Shown: positions 41,224 to 50,780 of the stretch, piece by piece | Numbering within the stretch: position 1 is the first letter of the stretch | Layout of the letters: every line of letters starts with the position of its first letter | DNA from: Candidatus Eiseniibacteriota bacterium | GTDB lineage: Bacteria; Eisenbacteria; RBG-16-71-46; CAZEPH01 | Reading direction: 5' to 3' | Length of the DNA stretch: 64,000 nucleotides | Assembly: GCA_044229145.1 (NCBI GenBank) | Contig: JBGATO010000012.1 | Location: 1 to 64,000 of the forward strand | Notes under the pieces: model-generated | What the model was told of the DNA's origin: nothing | Seen by the model: only the letters and a program-made list of their open reading frames with translations | Database searches by the model: none | Translations under genes and position numbers: made by a program

Positions 41224-42594
41224 ATGAGCGAACGACACGAGGACACGTCCCGCCTGCTCCTGCGCGGCGGGACGTTGTATACGGTGGATGCCCGCCACAC
41301 CGTCCTGCGCGGCGACCTGTTGATCTCCGGGGGCCGCATTGCCGCGATGGGCGAGATCTCCGATGCCGATGCCGCGGGCGCGCGCGTCCTCGACGCCCGC
41401 AATTGCGTCGTGCTGCCCGGCTTCGTGCAAACCCACCTGCACCTGTGCCAAACCTTGTTCCGCGGGCTCGCCGAAAATCGCGAGCTGACCCGCTGGCTCG
41501 AGGAGCGCATCTGGCCTCTCGAGGCCGCGCACACGCCGGAGACCTTGCGCGCCGCCGCGCGCGTCGGCATCGCCGAACTGTTGCTCGGCGGCACCACGTG
41601 CATTCACGACATGGGCACCGTGCACCACCAGCCGGCGATCTTCGACGCCATCCTGGAGAGCGGCATTCGGGCCGCCGCCGGCAAGGCGATGATGGACGTC
41701 GGCGACGCGGTGCCCGCCGGCCTGCGCGAAGACACCGACGCGTCGCTGCGCGAGAGCCTCGACTTGCTCGCGCGCTGGCACGGGGCCGACGACGATCGCA
41801 TCCGCTACGCGTTCGCCCCACGCTTCGTGCTGAGCGCCAGCAAGCCGCTGTGGCAACAGGTCGAGGCCGAATCGCAGCGCACCGGCGCCGGCATCCACTC
41901 GCACGCCGCCGAAAGCACGCGCGAGTGCGATCTCGTCGAATCCGCGGTCGGCTGCGGCGCCGTCGAGTACTTCCACCGCATCGGCGTGCTCAGCGAACGG
42001 CTGCGCCTCGCGCACGCGGTGTGGATCGGCGAGGACGACCGTGCGCGCATCGCGCGTAGCGGCACCCACCTCGTCCACTGCCCGTCGTCGAATCTCAAAC
42101 TCAGTTCGGGGATCGCCGATGTGTGGTCGATGCGGCGCGCCGGCATCAACCTGTCGCTCGGCGCCGACGGCGCGGCCTGCAACAACACACTCGACATGTT
42201 CCAGGAGATGCGGCTCGCGGGCCAACTCGCGACCTATCTCCACGGCCCCGGCACGCTGCCCAGCCGCGACATCCTCGAGATGGCCACGCGCGGCGGCGCC
42301 CGCGCCCTGGCCTGGGATCGCGACATCGGCAGCCTCGAAACCGGCAAGCGGGCCGATGTCATCGTGGTGCGCCTCGACGCGCCGCACGTCCTTCCCGGCG
42401 AGGGCGACGGCGCCTCCCTCGCCGACACCGTCGTCTATGCCTGCCGCGCCAGCGACGTCGCACACGTCATGGTCGCCGGACGCCTCCTGGTGGAGGGCGG
42501 CCGATTGATCCATGGCGACTGGACCTCGCTGCGCGATGATGCCGTCCGCGCACGTGCCGATATTCTCCCACGCGCGCAGCTACCCACCGAGTGA
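41224..42594 (+). CDS. Amidohydrolase, 5'-deoxyadenosine/MTA/SAH deaminase family
   Basis: PGFVQTHLHLCQ, HSHAAE, HCPSSNLKL, LGADG..CNN. Confidence 0.9.
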   Translation: MSERHEDTSRLLLRGGTLYTVDARHTVLRGDLLISGGRIAAMGEISDADAAGARVLDARNCVVLPGFVQTHLHLCQTLFRGLAENRELTRWLEERIWPLEAAHTPETLRAAARVGIAELLLGGTTCIHDMGTVHHQPAIFDAILESGIRAAAGKAMMDVGDAVPAGLREDTDASLRESLDLLARWHGADDDRIRYAFAPRFVLSASKPLWQQVEAESQRTGAGIHSHAAESTRECDLVESAVGCGAVEYFHRIGVLSERLRLAHAVWIGEDDRARIARSGTHLVHCPSSNLKLSSGIADVWSMRRAGINLSLGADGAACNNTLDMFQEMRLAGQLATYLHGPGTLPSRDILEMATRGGARALAWDRDIGSLETGKRADVIVVRLDAPHVLPGEGDGASLADTVVYACRASDVAHVMVAGRLLVEGGRLIHGDWTSLRDDAVRARADILPRAQLPTE

Positions 42595-42604
42595 CGAGGA
42601 CTTC

Positions 42605-43870
42605 GTGACCACCAAGAAGACGACCAAGACCGCAACGACGCGCACCGCCAAGAAGACGGCTCCCGCGCGCCGCGCCAAGCCGGCGGCGAAATCCGCTGCC
42701 CTCAAGGCCGCGGCGAAGCCCGCCGCCAAACCAGCCCGGGAGGCAGCGCGCCTGTCGGTGCGTCGCGCCCGCGCCGCTGCCACGACCGCCGAGCGCGCGC
42801 GCACCGGCCGCGAAGTCCTGCGCGCGCTGCCCAAGACCGACCTCCACCTCCACCTCGACGGTTCGCTGCGCCCCGCCACCATCTTCCAGTTGGCGAAGGA
42901 GCAAGGCGTCAAGCTCCCGGTGAAGACGTCCGCGGATCTCCAGCGCCTGATCAAGACCTCGCTCAAGAACCAGACGCTGGTCGACTACCTCAAGCTGTTC
43001 GACATCACGCTCAAGGTGATGCAGGAGCGCGAGGCGTTGCAGCGCGTCGCCTTCGAACTCGCGGCCGATTGCGCGGCCGAGGGTGCACGCTACATCGAAG
43101 TGCGCTACTGCCCGCTGCTCCACACCAAGCTTGGGCTGCAGTTGCCCGAGATCGTCGATGCGGTGCTGCTCGGCCTGACGCGCGCCGAGCACGCGCACGG
43201 CATCAAGTCCGGCGTGATCATCTGCGGCATGCGCAACATCTCGCCGCACTTCAGCGAGGCGCTCGCCGAACTCACGGTGGCGTACAAGCAGCGCGGCGTG
43301 GTCGCGTTCGACCTCGCGGGCGCCGAGAAGGACTATCCGGCGAAGAATCACCAGAACGCCTATCGCATCATCGCCAAGAACAACATCAACTCGACGGTGC
43401 ATGCGGGCGAGGCGTTCGGCCCGCCGTCGATCGCGCAAGCGTTGCACTACTGCGGCGCGCACCGGATCGGACACGGCACGCGGCTGCGCGAGGATCGCGA
43501 GCTACTCGACTACGTCAACGATCACCGCATCCCGCTCGAGATCTGCGTCACCTCCAACGTGCAAACCGGCGCGGTGCCGCGGCTGCGCGATCATCCGGTG
43601 CGGTTCTACTACGACTACGGACTGCGCGTCACGCTCAACACCGACAACCGGCTGATGTCGGACACCACGGTGACCGACGAGCTCGTGGTGGTGTGCCGTG
43701 AATTCGGCTTCACGCCCGAGGAAGTGCGCAACGTGCTGATCAACGGTTTCAAGAGCGCGTTCCTGCCGCTCCACGAGAAGGCGGCAATGCTGCGGCGCGT
43801 CGTCAAGGAGATGGATGGCACGCTGGAGGCGGCGCGCCACCAGTTCGACCCCACGATGCCGATGCTGTAG
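42605..43870 (+). CDS. add: Adenosine deaminase with Lys/Ala/Thr-rich N-terminal tail
   Basis: GAGGA RBS then GTG; LPKTDLHLHLDGS, HAGE, RIGHG, SN, NTDN. Confidence 0.94.
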   Translation: MTTKKTTKTATTRTAKKTAPARRAKPAAKSAALKAAAKPAAKPAREAARLSVRRARAAATTAERARTGREVLRALPKTDLHLHLDGSLRPATIFQLAKEQGVKLPVKTSADLQRLIKTSLKNQTLVDYLKLFDITLKVMQEREALQRVAFELAADCAAEGARYIEVRYCPLLHTKLGLQLPEIVDAVLLGLTRAEHAHGIKSGVIICGMRNISPHFSEALAELTVAYKQRGVVAFDLAGAEKDYPAKNHQNAYRIIAKNNINSTVHAGEAFGPPSIAQALHYCGAHRIGHGTRLREDRELLDYVNDHRIPLEICVTSNVQTGAVPRLRDHPVRFYYDYGLRVTLNTDNRLMSDTTVTDELVVVCREFGFTPEEVRNVLINGFKSAFLPLHEKAAMLRRVVKEMDGTLEAARHQFDPTMPML

Positions 43871-43889
43871 CCGTCGCGCCGCATGACCT

Positions 43890-43926
43890 CGAAGGCCCGG
43901 GAGCGTTCGCCGCTCCCGGGCCTTCG
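43890..43926. terminator. Perfect 16-bp hairpin between convergent add and Ig-protein genes
   Basis: CGAAGGCCCGGGAGCG-ttcgc-CGCTCCCGGGCCTTCG. Confidence 0.75.
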
Positions 43927-43955
43927 TGCGCTTCGTCGTGTGGCGGCGAGGTGCG

Positions 43956-45470
43956 CTAGCGCGAGACCTCGATCTGCCGCGAGGCAGTCCGCGTGATGCC
44001 GTCGAAGCTGACGGTCGCGGTCACCATCGCTGGGCCGGCCTGCGACGGCGTGAAGCTGACGTAGGCCTTGCGCCCCGGCTGCGTGCGCAGAGTGCCGGCC
44101 GTCGCCGGGCTGACGCTCCAGTCGACGGTCGCGCCGGTGAAGTCTCCGGCCGACGCGCCGGTGGATTGCACGTGGAAGACGCTCGGCGCGCCCATGCGTC
44201 CGGTCGCCGGACCCTCGACGCTGATCTGCGGCGCCACGTCGGTTTGACGGGATGGGTCGACGATGGTCACCGAAGCGACCAGCGTGCGCGAGCGGCCTTG
44301 AGGGTCGCTCACCCGCGCCTCGATCTGCGCGCGGCCTCGCTGCCTGCCGGCGGTGAAGATGCCGACATCGCCCGTCCCGCTGATCGTGCCGGCGTTTTCC
44401 GGCATCACGCGCCACGCGATGCGCGCGCGCGTCGTCGCGGCGGCTGGCAGACCCGTGATGTGGAATTCGCTCGACTGCCCCGCCGCCAACTTGGCTTCGC
44501 GCGGCGTCAGCGTCAGCCGCAGCGCGCCCTGCTGCACGACCTGCACGGCGCCCACCGCGCGCTTGATGCGGCCGTTCGGACCGGTCACCGTCGCCATGAC
44601 GACGCCGGCGCCGTTGGCCTCGGGGCTCGCGGTGAAGGTGCCGTCGCTTGCGATGGTGCCGAGCGTCGGCGGTTGCACCGACCACGTCACGCTGGTGGTG
44701 CCGCGCGCGGCCGGCGGGAGCGTCACCGAGAAGGTGCGCGAGTCGCCCGCGGTGAGTAGCGCACGCGCCGGGAGGACACGCAGCGCCACGTCGCCGATGC
44801 CGGCCTGAGGCGTCGACGTGCCGCCCCCGTCCACGATCGACACGTGCGCGACGCCGAGGCCCGCCGGCTTGTCCGCCGCGTCCCGCGCCACGGCCACGAC
44901 CTGACATTGCGCCGGCACGGCGCCCGCCACGAACTGGCCGGCCGCGTCGATGTGTCCGGCGCTCGGCGGAATCACGCGCCAGGTGACCGTCCCGGAGGGC
45001 ACACCGCCGCCGAGCGCTTCGGCGCTGAAGGATTGCACGCCGGAGACCGGCACGCGGATCTGCCGCGGCGTGACCACGAGCGCGCGCGGGGTCCGGCGCG
45101 TCACGGTGTCGCCGATGCGGACGTGCGCCCACGCCGTGCCGTTGACGCCGGCACCGATGACGGTGGCGCGAATCACCGCTTCGCCGTCGGTGGTGCCCGC
45201 GATGAACACATTGTTCGCGCCGATGCGCCCGGCGGTCGGCGGCCGCACGCTCCACTGCACGCTGCCGGTGACCGCCGTCCCGCTGGCATCGCGCACATCG
45301 AGCGTCAGCGGCTGCGACGCGCCCGCCGGCACGACGAAATCATGCGGCAGGATCCGCACCGTGAGTCCGGCGGCCTGCGCCGCCGCGGCCCAGACGAGGA
45401 GCGCCATCGCCGCACACGCCTGGCGCCGTGCGCGGGCGACTCGCCCGAAGAGATCACGAACCGACGACAT
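43956..45470 (-). CDS. Secreted protein with five tandem Ig-like (Big_2-like) repeats
   Basis: Signal peptide ending AQA; five repeats with W(S/R)V.P..(A/L)G.(I/L) cores. Confidence 0.8.
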   Translation of the reverse strand: MSSVRDLFGRVARARRQACAAMALLVWAAAAQAAGLTVRILPHDFVVPAGASQPLTLDVRDASGTAVTGSVQWSVRPPTAGRIGANNVFIAGTTDGEAVIRATVIGAGVNGTAWAHVRIGDTVTRRTPRALVVTPRQIRVPVSGVQSFSAEALGGGVPSGTVTWRVIPPSAGHIDAAGQFVAGAVPAQCQVVAVARDAADKPAGLGVAHVSIVDGGGTSTPQAGIGDVALRVLPARALLTAGDSRTFSVTLPPAARGTTSVTWSVQPPTLGTIASDGTFTASPEANGAGVVMATVTGPNGRIKRAVGAVQVVQQGALRLTLTPREAKLAAGQSSEFHITGLPAAATTRARIAWRVMPENAGTISGTGDVGIFTAGRQRGRAQIEARVSDPQGRSRTLVASVTIVDPSRQTDVAPQISVEGPATGRMGAPSVFHVQSTGASAGDFTGATVDWSVSPATAGTLRTQPGRKAYVSFTPSQAGPAMVTATVSFDGITRTASRQIEVSR

Positions 45471-46323
45471 AGAAGTTCCATTCCACGCTGGAGGTGCGGC
45501 CACTGGCGTCCCGTACTTCGACCTGCACGCGGTGCGAGCCTTCGGGCAACGTGCCGTCCGGGGTGTACGACACGAAGTCGCGCGTGACGGTGACGCCGTG
45601 CGCGTCGACCGCGCGTCCGTCGAGACGGAGACGGACCGCGGAGCGCGCGGGATCGATGGTGGCGCCGTCGGCTGCGGCGACGACGTCGAAGCCGTCGGAC
45701 AGCACGACCGATTCTGCCTCCGGCGTCACTGCGGCCAACTGCAACGGCGCGGTGTCCGGCGACACACTCGGCGACTGGTCCACGGCCGGCACCGGCGATT
45801 GCGTGGCATCGCCGGTGGAGGGCGGCGCGACAGGAACCGGCGTGCTACCCGGCGTCTGCTGCGCGACTTGTTGCGACGGAGACCCAGCCGGCGAACCGCT
45901 CTCGCGGCTCCGCCACGTCCCCACGACCTGTGCTGCCACACTAGCCAGCACGACCGCCATGGCGACTCCGGCAAGCACGGCCGCCGGCTGGAATATCGGT
46001 GACATCCGGACGCCACTCCACCACTCCGCGACACGATCGCCCCAGCTGATGGCCGGAGGCGTGTAGGGAACGGGCGCAGCCTCGGGTGCGGCCGCGGCTT
46101 CGTGCAAACGGTCGAGCAAGGAAGCGCGGAATCCGGAGGGCAATTCGATCTCGGGCGGAGGAGTCAACGCGCGCCGCAGGGCCGTCCGCCGCTCCACCCG
46201 GGCGCGACAGCGCGAACAAGACTCTGCGTGGCCGTGCAACCGCGCGGCCTCGTCGGAGGGCAGAAGGCCGTCCACGAGGTCCTGCAGCGCGCGTTCGATG
46301 TCTCGACAGGTCGCCTGTCGCAT
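45454..46323 (-). CDS. Zinc-finger anti-sigma factor with TM helix, Pro/Ser linker and C-terminal Ig-like domain
   Basis: C...HAESCSRC (HxxxCxxC), TM AAVLAGVAMAVVLASVAA, follows ECF sigma. Confidence 0.88.
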   Translation of the reverse strand: MRQATCRDIERALQDLVDGLLPSDEAARLHGHAESCSRCRARVERRTALRRALTPPPEIELPSGFRASLLDRLHEAAAAPEAAPVPYTPPAISWGDRVAEWWSGVRMSPIFQPAAVLAGVAMAVVLASVAAQVVGTWRSRESGSPAGSPSQQVAQQTPGSTPVPVAPPSTGDATQSPVPAVDQSPSVSPDTAPLQLAAVTPEAESVVLSDGFDVVAAADGATIDPARSAVRLRLDGRAVDAHGVTVTRDFVSYTPDGTLPEGSHRVQVEVRDASGRTSSVEWNFYVVGS

Positions 46324-46380
46324 CGTGTCCTCTCTCTCGTCCATCCGCCCGTGCCGGAGCGCCGGGCGTGCGATTGGTGC

Positions 46381-46956
46381 CTACCCGAGCTCCCGCAAGA
46401 GTTCGGGCGGCACACGGGCTTCGAGCTTCGCGTGCGCCCGCGCCAGGCGGGACTTCACCGTGCCGAGGGAGCAGCCCCACACCGAGGCGATCTCCTCGTA
46501 CGACAGATCTTCGTAATAGCGCAGGATGATCGCCTCGCGGTACGGCTCTCCCAGCGCTTCCACCGCCGCGCGGACCACCGAGTAGGTGCCGCCGCGTTCG
46601 ACGGTGTCGTGGGCCGGGTCGTGCCCGGCCGGTTCGTGGCCTCGCTCGCGCAAGACCTCGAGGTCCACCTCGCGCGAGCGCCGCGTGGTGCGGCGGCGGC
46701 CGCGGCGTGCGCACTCGTTCAGCGTGATGCGGCAGAGCCAGGTGAAGGGCTGCGCGTCGCCGCGGAACGTGTGGAACGCCTTGTATGCCTGTAAGTACGC
46801 CTCCTGGACGGCGTCCAGCGCATCGTCGCGATCCCCAAGGACGCGGTGCGCCAGGTTCACCAGCCGCTTGTCGTACTGGAGCAGCGGGGCGAACGCTGCG
46901 TCCAGGTCACCAGCCTGCGTGGGGCGAGGCGGCGGGTCGGCCGTTGCCATGGGCAA
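46381..46956 (-). CDS. ECF RNA polymerase sigma factor
   Basis: DALDAVQEAY, F.TWL.RI..N, LSYEEIA....CSLGTVKSRLARA. Confidence 0.94.
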   Translation of the reverse strand: MPMATADPPPRPTQAGDLDAAFAPLLQYDKRLVNLAHRVLGDRDDALDAVQEAYLQAYKAFHTFRGDAQPFTWLCRITLNECARRGRRRTTRRSREVDLEVLRERGHEPAGHDPAHDTVERGGTYSVVRAAVEALGEPYREAIILRYYEDLSYEEIASVWGCSLGTVKSRLARAHAKLEARVPPELLRELG

Positions 46957-47014
46957 CTAGTGGCCTCCAGACGGGTCGTGGGTCGTCGTCTCGTCCGACG
47001 CTCGTGAGGGTAAG

Positions 47015-47040
47015 AGATGTCGACCCACTGGCTTGTTCCC
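47015..47040 (-). promoter_or_regulatory. Candidate ECF-type autoregulatory promoter
   Basis: Minus strand GGGAAC-N15-CATCT upstream of the sigma gene. Confidence 0.35.
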
Positions 47041-47069
47041 GTCGGAGCGGCCGGAGTGCGGGGTTTCTC

Positions 47070-49160
47070 TCACCATGTGCGGACATAGCTCAACCGCCCC
47101 ACGGTCTGGTGGTAGGTGCGCAACACGCGCACTCCGCCCAAGTCCGCCGGGTACAAGGAGATGCCGTACGACGACACACTCAGCGCGCCCTCCAGGGCAT
47201 TCCGCGCATCGAGGCGATAATTCGCTTGCAGGCGCGGCAGCAAGGAGCGCGACAGCGTTTCGGCCGGCTGGCCCGGCGTCGTCTGTTGCGTGAGGGCTGC
47301 GCTGCCGGTGGCGTCGAGGCTCAGGCGCGGCAGCGGCGCCGCGTGCACGGCTGCCGCCCCAGACCAGCTGGTGACGTCGGCGACGTGACTGCGGGTGACC
47401 GTCAGAGAGGCGCGCAGGCCGCGTCCCGCGACCGCGCCGCTGGCGGCCACGAACCACGAGCGATCCTGTGTGCCGCAGCTCAGCGTCACGCCCTGGCCGC
47501 GGGCATCGAGCCGCGACACACTGGCGTCGGTGCGATGGCTCCACGCGCGGACGCTGTCGCCTGCCAGGCCGGTGAACCGCGAGACGAAATACCCGCCGGT
47601 GGCGAACCAGCCTCCGCGCGTCCAGGTGGCGCTTCCCGCCAGCTCGCGTCGGCCCTCCTGCGCGAACGGCGCGAGCATGGCGTGGTAGCCGTCGGCGGCG
47701 TCGGTGAAACGCAGGCTGGCGCGCACCGGGCCGGCGCCGCGAATCGCCGAGAGCACGAGAGCGTGTCCGGTGGCGGATGAGTCGGTCAGACCGCCGTCCC
47801 GCGTCCGCCAACTCGCCAGCGACCATTCGGCGAGGGTCTGCCAGCCGCCGCGGTCCGCCGTCACGCGCGGGGCGAAGGTCCAGCCGCTGCGTGCACCGCC
47901 GGACGCGAAGTCGACCGCGTCGGTGAGCGATTCGCGGCCGTAGCTCGCACACGCAGCGAGGTCGATGCCGCGCGCGGCGTGGCCGAGAACGGTGGTGGCG
48001 CCCCCGTCGATCGCCCGGCCGCCGACCTCGTCGGCGCCGATGTGCAGGCCGAAGGCTCGCCACTCCCCGCGTGCACCGCGCACGGTCGTGCGGCCGCCGC
48101 TCGCCTGTGGGCCGGCCAGCGCCAACTCCGACTCCCACGGCAAGAGCGTGCCCGCCTCGACCTCATGGCCGGCACCGGTGACCAGCACCGCGCCTTGGGT
48201 TCGTGGACGGGTCGACGGCGTGGACGAGAACCAGCCGCTGATGGTCTCTGCGCCGAGTGTGGCGGAGAGGTCGCCGGTCGCGTGGACGAAGGTGCCGGCG
48301 GGTTGCGGGAGCGAGGCGAAGACGGTCCCGGTGTACGCGCTGCCGTCCGCGCTCTCGGTGCCGAGGGAGAGCCGCCCGCTCGAGGCGAAGCCGCCCGCCG
48401 CAGCGGCCGCGTCCTCCGCGCTGCCGGGGACGCGGAACGTCCAGGCTTCCGCGCGCGGCACTCGTTCGCCGGTGATTTCGACGCGTGCGACGTGCTCGCC
48501 CGGCGCCAGCGGCGACGTCGGCACGAAGCTCACGTAGTCGCGCGTGGAATCGGTCTCGGCGCGCACCGGATTGCCGTCGAGCCACACAGTGCACACCGAG
48601 CGCGGCGGGAGCGGCGGATCGAAGAACGCCGCGATCTGCGGCGTGGCGATGTCCGTCTCGCCTCCGGGAGCCGGTGACAGCGGCGTGATGGTCGAATCGG
48701 TCTCGGCCTGGACCACGACGCCAATCGGGGCACGCGCCGCGTCGGCGAACGGGCGCGTCGCCACGCTGCCGTCGCGCGCCTGCACCCGGAGGTAATACTC
48801 GAGCCCAGGAGGCTCGACCGCGCCCGCGGGGATGACGGCGTCCCATGTGCCCGCGTTCTCGCGCATCGACAGGACGGTGTACTCGGTGACGCCGCGGAGC
48901 CGGTAGTAGACCTCGGCGCGCAGCAATGGCCGGTCTCCCGGGACGGTCACACTCAGCGGGAGTGGACGCCAGGCGCGCACCGCCTGCGGGGCGAGATGCT
49001 GAATCATCCAGCTGGCCGGTGGGGGAGTTGCGGGCGCGTTGGGGCCGGCCGCGGATGCGCCGGCCGCTGATGGCGGCACGACGATGGCGGTTCCCAGGGC
49101 GATCCAGGTGAGAACGGCGGCGCTGAAGGGGGAGCAACGCGCGGGAGGCCGCAGCGGCAC
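47070..49160 (-). CDS. Secreted protein: two N-terminal Ig-like domains plus probable beta-barrel
   Basis: AAGGAG RBS, GTG start, signal-like N-terminus, alternating beta-strand C-terminal half ending LSYVRTW. Confidence 0.75.
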   Translation of the reverse strand: MPLRPPARCSPFSAAVLTWIALGTAIVVPPSAAGASAAGPNAPATPPPASWMIQHLAPQAVRAWRPLPLSVTVPGDRPLLRAEVYYRLRGVTEYTVLSMRENAGTWDAVIPAGAVEPPGLEYYLRVQARDGSVATRPFADAARAPIGVVVQAETDSTITPLSPAPGGETDIATPQIAAFFDPPLPPRSVCTVWLDGNPVRAETDSTRDYVSFVPTSPLAPGEHVARVEITGERVPRAEAWTFRVPGSAEDAAAAAGGFASSGRLSLGTESADGSAYTGTVFASLPQPAGTFVHATGDLSATLGAETISGWFSSTPSTRPRTQGAVLVTGAGHEVEAGTLLPWESELALAGPQASGGRTTVRGARGEWRAFGLHIGADEVGGRAIDGGATTVLGHAARGIDLAACASYGRESLTDAVDFASGGARSGWTFAPRVTADRGGWQTLAEWSLASWRTRDGGLTDSSATGHALVLSAIRGAGPVRASLRFTDAADGYHAMLAPFAQEGRRELAGSATWTRGGWFATGGYFVSRFTGLAGDSVRAWSHRTDASVSRLDARGQGVTLSCGTQDRSWFVAASGAVAGRGLRASLTVTRSHVADVTSWSGAAAVHAAPLPRLSLDATGSAALTQQTTPGQPAETLSRSLLPRLQANYRLDARNALEGALSVSSYGISLYPADLGGVRVLRTYHQTVGRLSYVRTW

Positions 49161-49222
49161 AGGCTCTCCTTAGTTGCAAGAGAGGGCGGGCGCGGGGCAC
49201 CATGGCGGGCCCGGCTCGCCGG

Positions 49223-49252
49223 AGACTACTGTGCGACAACGAAGAGGGTCAA
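49223..49252 (-). promoter_or_regulatory. Candidate sigma-70 promoter for the ECF module
   Basis: Minus strand TTGACC-N18-TAGTCT. Confidence 0.5.
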
Positions 49253-49274
49253 GCCACTGAACGCCGTATCCACC

Positions 49275-50180
49275 GTGCCTCCGCTCGCCACCGTGCCGTT
49301 GCCCTGCACCTTGTGCGGCGACGTGCCGGCGCGTTCCCTGCCCTACGCGTACCTGTACGGGGGCGCCGAGTTTCGCGGCGTCGCGTGCAGCCGCTGCCAT
49401 CTCGTGCGGGTCGGGACGCGGCCTGCCGACCTCGCGGCGCTCTACCGTGCCGAGTATTTCGACGCCGACTATCGCTGTGGCCACGCGGAGCGCGGGGCGT
49501 GCGAGGGGGGCGGCGCGCCCCTCGTCGACTCCGAGATTCTCGACCTCCTGGCGCGCTTCGCGCCGGGCCGCCGGTTGCTCGAGGTGGGGCCGGCCGGCGG
49601 AGATTTCCTGCGCGGTGCGGCGTCGCGCGGTTGGACGGTCATGGGCATCGAGATCAGCGAGGCGGCGGCACGGGCCGCGCGCGAGAACTTCGGGCTCGAC
49701 GTCCGGGCCGGCGAACTCACGACCGCGGGTTTCCCCGCGGCCTCCGTGGACGCCATCTACATGGGCGACGTCCTCGAGCACGCACCGGATCCCATGGCGT
49801 CGCTGCGTGAGGCGCACCGCGTGTTGGTGCCAGGGGGCGCGTTGGTCATCGCTGGTCCGACGACCATCTGCTCGCTCGCTCGTCGGCTAGGGCTGGCGGC
49901 ATACGCGGCGGCCGGGCGCGTGCGCTACCTGCGGACGCCGCCGTACCACCTGTGGGAGTTCACGCCACCCACGTTGACCCGGTTGGTCGAACAGGCGGGA
50001 TTCCGCGTCGGCTCCCGTCGGGCCTCGAAAATCCCGCCCTCCACGGCGGGACGCTGCAGTCGTGTCGTGGACAGCGCGGCGGTGCTCCCCCTCGAGTGGT
50101 TCAACGTGTGGGTCACTGCTCTCACCGGCTGTTGCGGCGACCGCTTGGTGCTGGTGGCCACGTCCGCGGACACGCGCTAG
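49275..50180 (+). CDS. Class I SAM-dependent methyltransferase with N-terminal zinc ribbon
   Basis: CTLC...CSRC, LLEVGPAGG, GIEIS, DVLEH..DP, PYHLWEF. Confidence 0.88.
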   Translation: MPPLATVPLPCTLCGDVPARSLPYAYLYGGAEFRGVACSRCHLVRVGTRPADLAALYRAEYFDADYRCGHAERGACEGGGAPLVDSEILDLLARFAPGRRLLEVGPAGGDFLRGAASRGWTVMGIEISEAAARAARENFGLDVRAGELTTAGFPAASVDAIYMGDVLEHAPDPMASLREAHRVLVPGGALVIAGPTTICSLARRLGLAAYAAAGRVRYLRTPPYHLWEFTPPTLTRLVEQAGFRVGSRRASKIPPSTAGRCSRVVDSAAVLPLEWFNVWVTALTGCCGDRLVLVATSADTR

Positions 50181-50306
50181 AACGGCCTCCGCGCACTGCA
50201 CTCCCCGGGGTATGAGGAGTCCAGTCCGCGAAGGCCGTCTTGCGCGACTCTGGCGCCATGCGTCGTGCAGGTCCCGCCGGTGGGCGGGACTCACGCAGGA
50301 CGCTGG

Positions 50307-50588
50307 CTAGCGGCGGCTACGCGGCTTGGTGGCGGCCGCCGTCTTGCGCTTGGGCCGCTCGACCTCGATTTCGTCGTCGTCATCCAGGTCCGGCAGGGGA
50401 CGCGGGGCAGGACGTCCGCGCATCATGCTCGCCATCTGAATTTCGTCGAGGTGCTTGTTCTTGAGGTACTGGCGGATCGCTTCGCGCACCAATTCGCTAT
50501 AGGTGCGGCTTTCCTCTTCCGCAGTTCGTTCGAGTTCCTTCAGCAGTTTCGGGGGGATGGAGAACGAGCGCACGACCGTCTTGCGCAC
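50307..50588 (-). CDS. Stand-alone CopG/RHH family regulator
   Basis: GGAGG RBS; SFSIPPKLLKELE...RTYSELVREAIRQY. Confidence 0.88.
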   Translation of the reverse strand: MRKTVVRSFSIPPKLLKELERTAEEESRTYSELVREAIRQYLKNKHLDEIQMASMMRGRPAPRPLPDLDDDDEIEVERPKRKTAAATKPRSRR

Positions 50589-50685
50589 TTGTTGGCCTCC
50601 GTAAAATATAGGTCAAGTTTGTGACGTACTGCGAGTTTCGCAGCACGCCAAGCGCAGCAGTTGATGCGCGCCGCCGCGTGAGTTC

Positions 50686-50714
50686 ATACTTGCGGGCTTG
50701 TCGTGTCCTGTCAA
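50686..50714 (-). promoter_or_regulatory. Candidate sigma-70 promoter of the RHH gene
   Basis: Minus strand TTGACA-N17-AAGTAT. Confidence 0.55.
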
Positions 50715-50780
50715 GTGAATGTCGGGTCAGTAAGGAGACTTTGAGAGAATTCTGCCTCAGGCGGACCGCGCACGTCGCAA

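Noticed and set aside
39718..42594. Apparent 931-aa and 953-aa ORFs
   Set aside because: Same artefact: divergent DUF1015 and amidohydrolase genes extended through each other
50591..50618. dif-like site near ATAGGTCAAGT
   Set aside because: Only a partial XerD-like arm; no XerC arm, and it overlaps the RBS region
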